A DNA stretch of 64,000 bases from an uncultured delta proteobacterium (lineage in GTDB: Bacteria; Desulfobacterota; Desulfobacteria; Desulfobacterales; QNYZ01). Below, one piece after another: positions 60,963 through 64,000 of this stretch. A program made the translations under genes and the position numbers. Below the pieces are notes generated by a model, which made no database searches, was not told the origin of the DNA, and saw only the letters and a list, made by a program, of their open reading frames with translations. Each line of letters starts with the position of its first letter. The stretch's first letter is position 1. The stretch lies in assembly GCA_963845145.1 (NCBI GenBank), contig CAWJQU010000002.1:576001-640000 (forward strand), in the 5' to 3' direction.

Positions 60963-61128
60963 TGATGAAATCGCAAGAAGTCATCAAAAGGGATGGCAAA
61001 GTAATCCGCCAAAGGCGGACAAGTTCAAGGCGTCCCGAATCCCGTGTGATGAGGCGTACTTGTCGTACGCCGCGATCACGACGGGATGAAGCGGAACGCA
61101 GTCCGCCACAGGCGGATTACGAAGCCAC
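60963..61128. repeat. Palindromic REP/MITE-like element, about 165 bp
   Basis: 60994-61020 and 61101-61127 are inverted repeats (21/27), each containing a tccgcc-N3-ggcgga hairpin. Inner stems atcccgt/acgggat, gtgat/atcac and ggcgtac/gtacgcc. Confidence 0.7.
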
Positions 61129-63176
61129 TAATTTTGTAATTGATCGAGACGATAGTAAAAGCCCTTTTGATCGATCAATTCATCATGTGTCCCTGATTCG
61201 ATAATCCGTCCCCGGCTGAGGACAACGATCCGGTGAGCCTCGCGGGCGGTCGACAACCGATGAGCTACCAGTAGGGTCGTACGCGAATGCATCAGTCGCT
61301 CCAAGGCATTTTGAATGGCCTCTTCCGTAACGGAGTCAATATAAGAGGTGGCTTCATCCAATATCAGCAGATCTGGATCCCGGGCAAAAGCCCGGGCGAT
61401 TGAGATGAGCTGCCGCTCTCCGCTGGAAAGGGCCTCCTTGCCGCCGGCTAGAACAAATGCCAACCCACCGGGTAGTTTGGCGACAAGCTCCGAACAATGG
61501 GCGTTGGTGATAACGTTCATCAAATCATCATCGGACAAGGATGGGTTACCGAAGCGAATATTTTCGGCAATGGTGCCGGTAAACAAAAATGGATCCTGGG
61601 TAACCAGGGCCATACTTTGCCTGAGCGCGGCAATGTCATAAGTCGCCAGTGGACGATCATTGATCAGCACCTGGCCGTCCGAGGGGTCATAAAAACGCAC
61701 GAGCAGATTGATCAACGAGGTTTTACCCGAGCCGGTGGGGCCAACCACGGCCACCCGCTCCCCTCGGTTAATTTCCAGTTGAATATTCTCGAGAACCGGC
61801 GTGTCGGGCGTGTATCCGAAGGTTATCCGGTCGAATGCTACCCGCCGAATTCGAACCGTTTCAAGGGCGCCCTCATTCTTTTGGTTCGGATAATTCTTCC
61901 CCGCATCTTTTTTACCCGCTTGCGCTTCAACCCATTTTTCTTTAATCGATTCCGGCATCTTGTCAGCGCTGTCCAGAACGACGAAAAGCCTTTCCGCGGA
62001 TGACAGGGCATTTTGAAGAATATTATATTTTTCAGCGATATCGCGAATGGGTCGGAAAAACATGCGGATATAAGATGTAAACGCCACCAGAACCCCAAGG
62101 GTGATTCGCTCGTCCAACACGCGTGCCCCCCCAAAATAAATCACCACCGCCAATGCGACCGTACTGAGCATGCCCACAAAGGGCATGAAGATGGCAAACA
62201 CGTGCATCTGCTGCATGCCGGCCAGGTAATTCTCATGGTTCAACCGTTTGAATTTTTCTTCGCTGGCCGCTTCCTGACGAAACAGCTGAATAACACGCAT
62301 GCCGTTAATCGTTTCAGATAGGCGGGAATTGATTTCAGCCACTTTTAGCCGTAAAGTTCGATACGCTTCCCTGGCCTGGCGGGCGAAATAAAACGACGCC
62401 AACACCACAATGGGCAAGACAATGAAACAGATTAAGGCCAACTGCCAGTCGATACCAACCAGAACAATGCAAATACCCACCAGTAGAAAAAGATCCTTAA
62501 AAACAAAAACAATCACAGCGGTAAACAGCTCATTCATGTTTTGCACATCATTGGTCACGCGGGTCACCAGACGGCCCACCGCATTCTTCGTGAAAAACGC
62601 CACCGATAATGACTGAATATGGGTAAACAGCTGCATGCGCAGGTCGTGCATGATGACCTGGCCGGTATACTCCAACATCATTTGCTGAAAAAAGCTGGCC
62701 ACCAGTCCGGCAGCGATAAGAACAATAAAAATCAACGTCATCCGGGCGATGCCGGCCAAGTCCGTTTTTCGTAACACGGCAATATCCGCCGGTGCGAGGT
62801 TCGTAAGGTCGGCCAATCGAATACCGGCTTGACCGTTTCTGAAAAAAAAGTGATCCCGATATTTGGTAACAATGGCCTTCACCGCCGGGTCTGAGAGATC
62901 CACCTCTATGATGCGGGTCTTGCCATCGGTCGACGTACCCGGGGAACCTTCCCCTTGAGTTTCGGTAACCGCAACGGGCACGATATACTGATCAATCGCC
63001 ACCTTGGTGACATAGGGAATGGCCAGATCGATAAGGGTAACAATCAAAATGAGAAGCACGGCAGCAGCCAGATGGCGCATATAGGGACGAATAAAGGGCG
63101 CCATCCGCTGGATCAGGTTGGCATCGGTCATTGTACCGACTTTTTCTTCGGCAAAATAGTCGCGATCAACGCCCAT
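61128..63176 (-). CDS. ABC exporter, fused permease/ATPase (MdlB/MsbA-like)
   Basis: TMD followed by Walker A 'GPTGSGKT', signature 'LSSGERQ', 'LILDEATS' and 'VAHRLST'. Start at ATG 63176 (MGVDRDY). Confidence 0.93.
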   Translation of the reverse strand: MGVDRDYFAEEKVGTMTDANLIQRMAPFIRPYMRHLAAAVLLILIVTLIDLAIPYVTKVAIDQYIVPVAVTETQGEGSPGTSTDGKTRIIEVDLSDPAVKAIVTKYRDHFFFRNGQAGIRLADLTNLAPADIAVLRKTDLAGIARMTLIFIVLIAAGLVASFFQQMMLEYTGQVIMHDLRMQLFTHIQSLSVAFFTKNAVGRLVTRVTNDVQNMNELFTAVIVFVFKDLFLLVGICIVLVGIDWQLALICFIVLPIVVLASFYFARQAREAYRTLRLKVAEINSRLSETINGMRVIQLFRQEAASEEKFKRLNHENYLAGMQQMHVFAIFMPFVGMLSTVALAVVIYFGGARVLDERITLGVLVAFTSYIRMFFRPIRDIAEKYNILQNALSSAERLFVVLDSADKMPESIKEKWVEAQAGKKDAGKNYPNQKNEGALETVRIRRVAFDRITFGYTPDTPVLENIQLEINRGERVAVVGPTGSGKTSLINLLVRFYDPSDGQVLINDRPLATYDIAALRQSMALVTQDPFLFTGTIAENIRFGNPSLSDDDLMNVITNAHCSELVAKLPGGLAFVLAGGKEALSSGERQLISIARAFARDPDLLILDEATSYIDSVTEEAIQNALERLMHSRTTLLVAHRLSTAREAHRIVVLSRGRIIESGTHDELIDQKGFYYRLDQLQN

Positions 63177-64000
63177 GGAGTTCTTCTCCCCACGCCTGGA
63201 TGGCAGCCGTGCGGGCATAATACCCGCCACCAGCGACCAGTTCTTCATGGGTTCCTGTTGCCGAGATCCGCCCGTTTTCCAGCACAACGATCCGGTCGGC
63301 ATATCGAAGCGCCGAAAGGCGGTGCGATACCATGATAATCGTCCGTTGGCCGTTTAAACGTTTGAGGGTTTGAATAATCGTATCGGCGGTCTCGATGTCC
63401 ACCTGGCTGATCGGATCATCAAGGAGCAGAATAGGCACCTCAAGATACAGGGCCCTGGCCAGGGCGACGCGTTGTTTTTGTCCCCCGGAAAGAATCACCC
63501 CTTTTTCGCCCACCAGGGTATCCAGGCCGTCATCAAAGCCCGCGATGGTTTGATCGAGGGCCGCCGCCTTCAGCGCCGCATTCAATTTTTCTTCGTCTGC
63601 CGCTTCCGTATCGAAAACAATGTTTTCATAAAGGGTCCCGGAAAAAAGAAACGGCTCCTGGGGAACCACGGCGATGTGCGATCGCAACCAGTCCGGCTCC
63701 AGATGCCGAATATCCTCGCCGTCCACCCGAATGATACCGGCAATGACATCATAAAGCCGTGGAATCAGGTTCAGTATGGTCGTTTTACCTGCCCCCGGCG
63801 GCCCCACAATGCCGATGCTTTCGCCCGGCGCTACCGTCAGGCTGATGCCCTCTAAAACCGGCACCGATTCGACCGGTTGCTGATCATCATCATGTCCGGT
63901 CGGATAATGAAACCTCACATCGGCCAGCGCCAGACCGCCTCGAATGAATTCCGGTGTCACAACGGGGGATATAGCCACGATGTCCGGTCGGGTTTGAATA
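63166..64000 (-). CDS. ABC exporter ATPase half (MdlA-like heterodimer partner); 5'-truncated by window edge
   Basis: 'GPPGAGKT', 'LSGGQKQR', degenerate Walker B 'LLLDDPIS' and 'VSHRLS'. Frame is open to the window end. Confidence 0.9.
   Translation of the reverse strand, partial: IQTRPDIVAISPVVTPEFIRGGLALADVRFHYPTGHDDDQQPVESVPVLEGISLTVAPGESIGIVGPPGAGKTTILNLIPRLYDVIAGIIRVDGEDIRHLEPDWLRSHIAVVPQEPFLFSGTLYENIVFDTEAADEEKLNAALKAAALDQTIAGFDDGLDTLVGEKGVILSGGQKQRVALARALYLEVPILLLDDPISQVDIETADTIIQTLKRLNGQRTIIMVSHRLSALRYADRIVVLENGRISATGTHEELVAGGGYYARTAAIQAWGEELHGR

Overview
64 kb of bacterial chromosome. The gene content (fhs, moeA plus moeA-PBP, TAXI-TRAP, ADP-forming acyl-CoA ligase, sigma54 promoters, HrpA) suggests an anaerobic Desulfobacterota/Desulfobacterales-like organism; this is inference. 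Most of the window is intact housekeeping and metabolic genes: Lon-type protease, PMM/PGM, uppP, rtcB plus archease, moeA x2, DEAD-box and HrpA helicases, amrS, a TRAP-TAXI operon, a GluR0-like channel, serB, sucAB-lpdA, fhs and an ABC exporter pair. Two regions stand out. (1) From 2.8 to 16.3 kb the intergenic spaces carry nine tandem-octamer arrays (GCCGGTTK and AGCTGRTR types) with strict polarity relative to transcription. Two arrays form a 38/40-nt inverted repeat around a lone four-helix-bundle (23S-IVP/Avd-like) gene directly behind rtcB, and two others form a 28/29-nt inverted repeat around moeA. (2) An AT-rich island at about 33.5-48 kb holds a giant Ser/Thr-kinase/AAA/GAF/PAS/His-kinase/REC gene. 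Divergent from it is a stand-alone enediyne-type iterative PKS (KS-AT-ACP-KR-DH-degenerate PPTase) apparently fused to a tandem hot-dog thioesterase. Both island genes are broken by many indels confined to about 35.7-46.9 kb, which may be sequencing error rather than real decay. Two small MITE/REP-like elements are also present. No rRNA, tRNA, CRISPR, integrase or reverse transcriptase was recognised.
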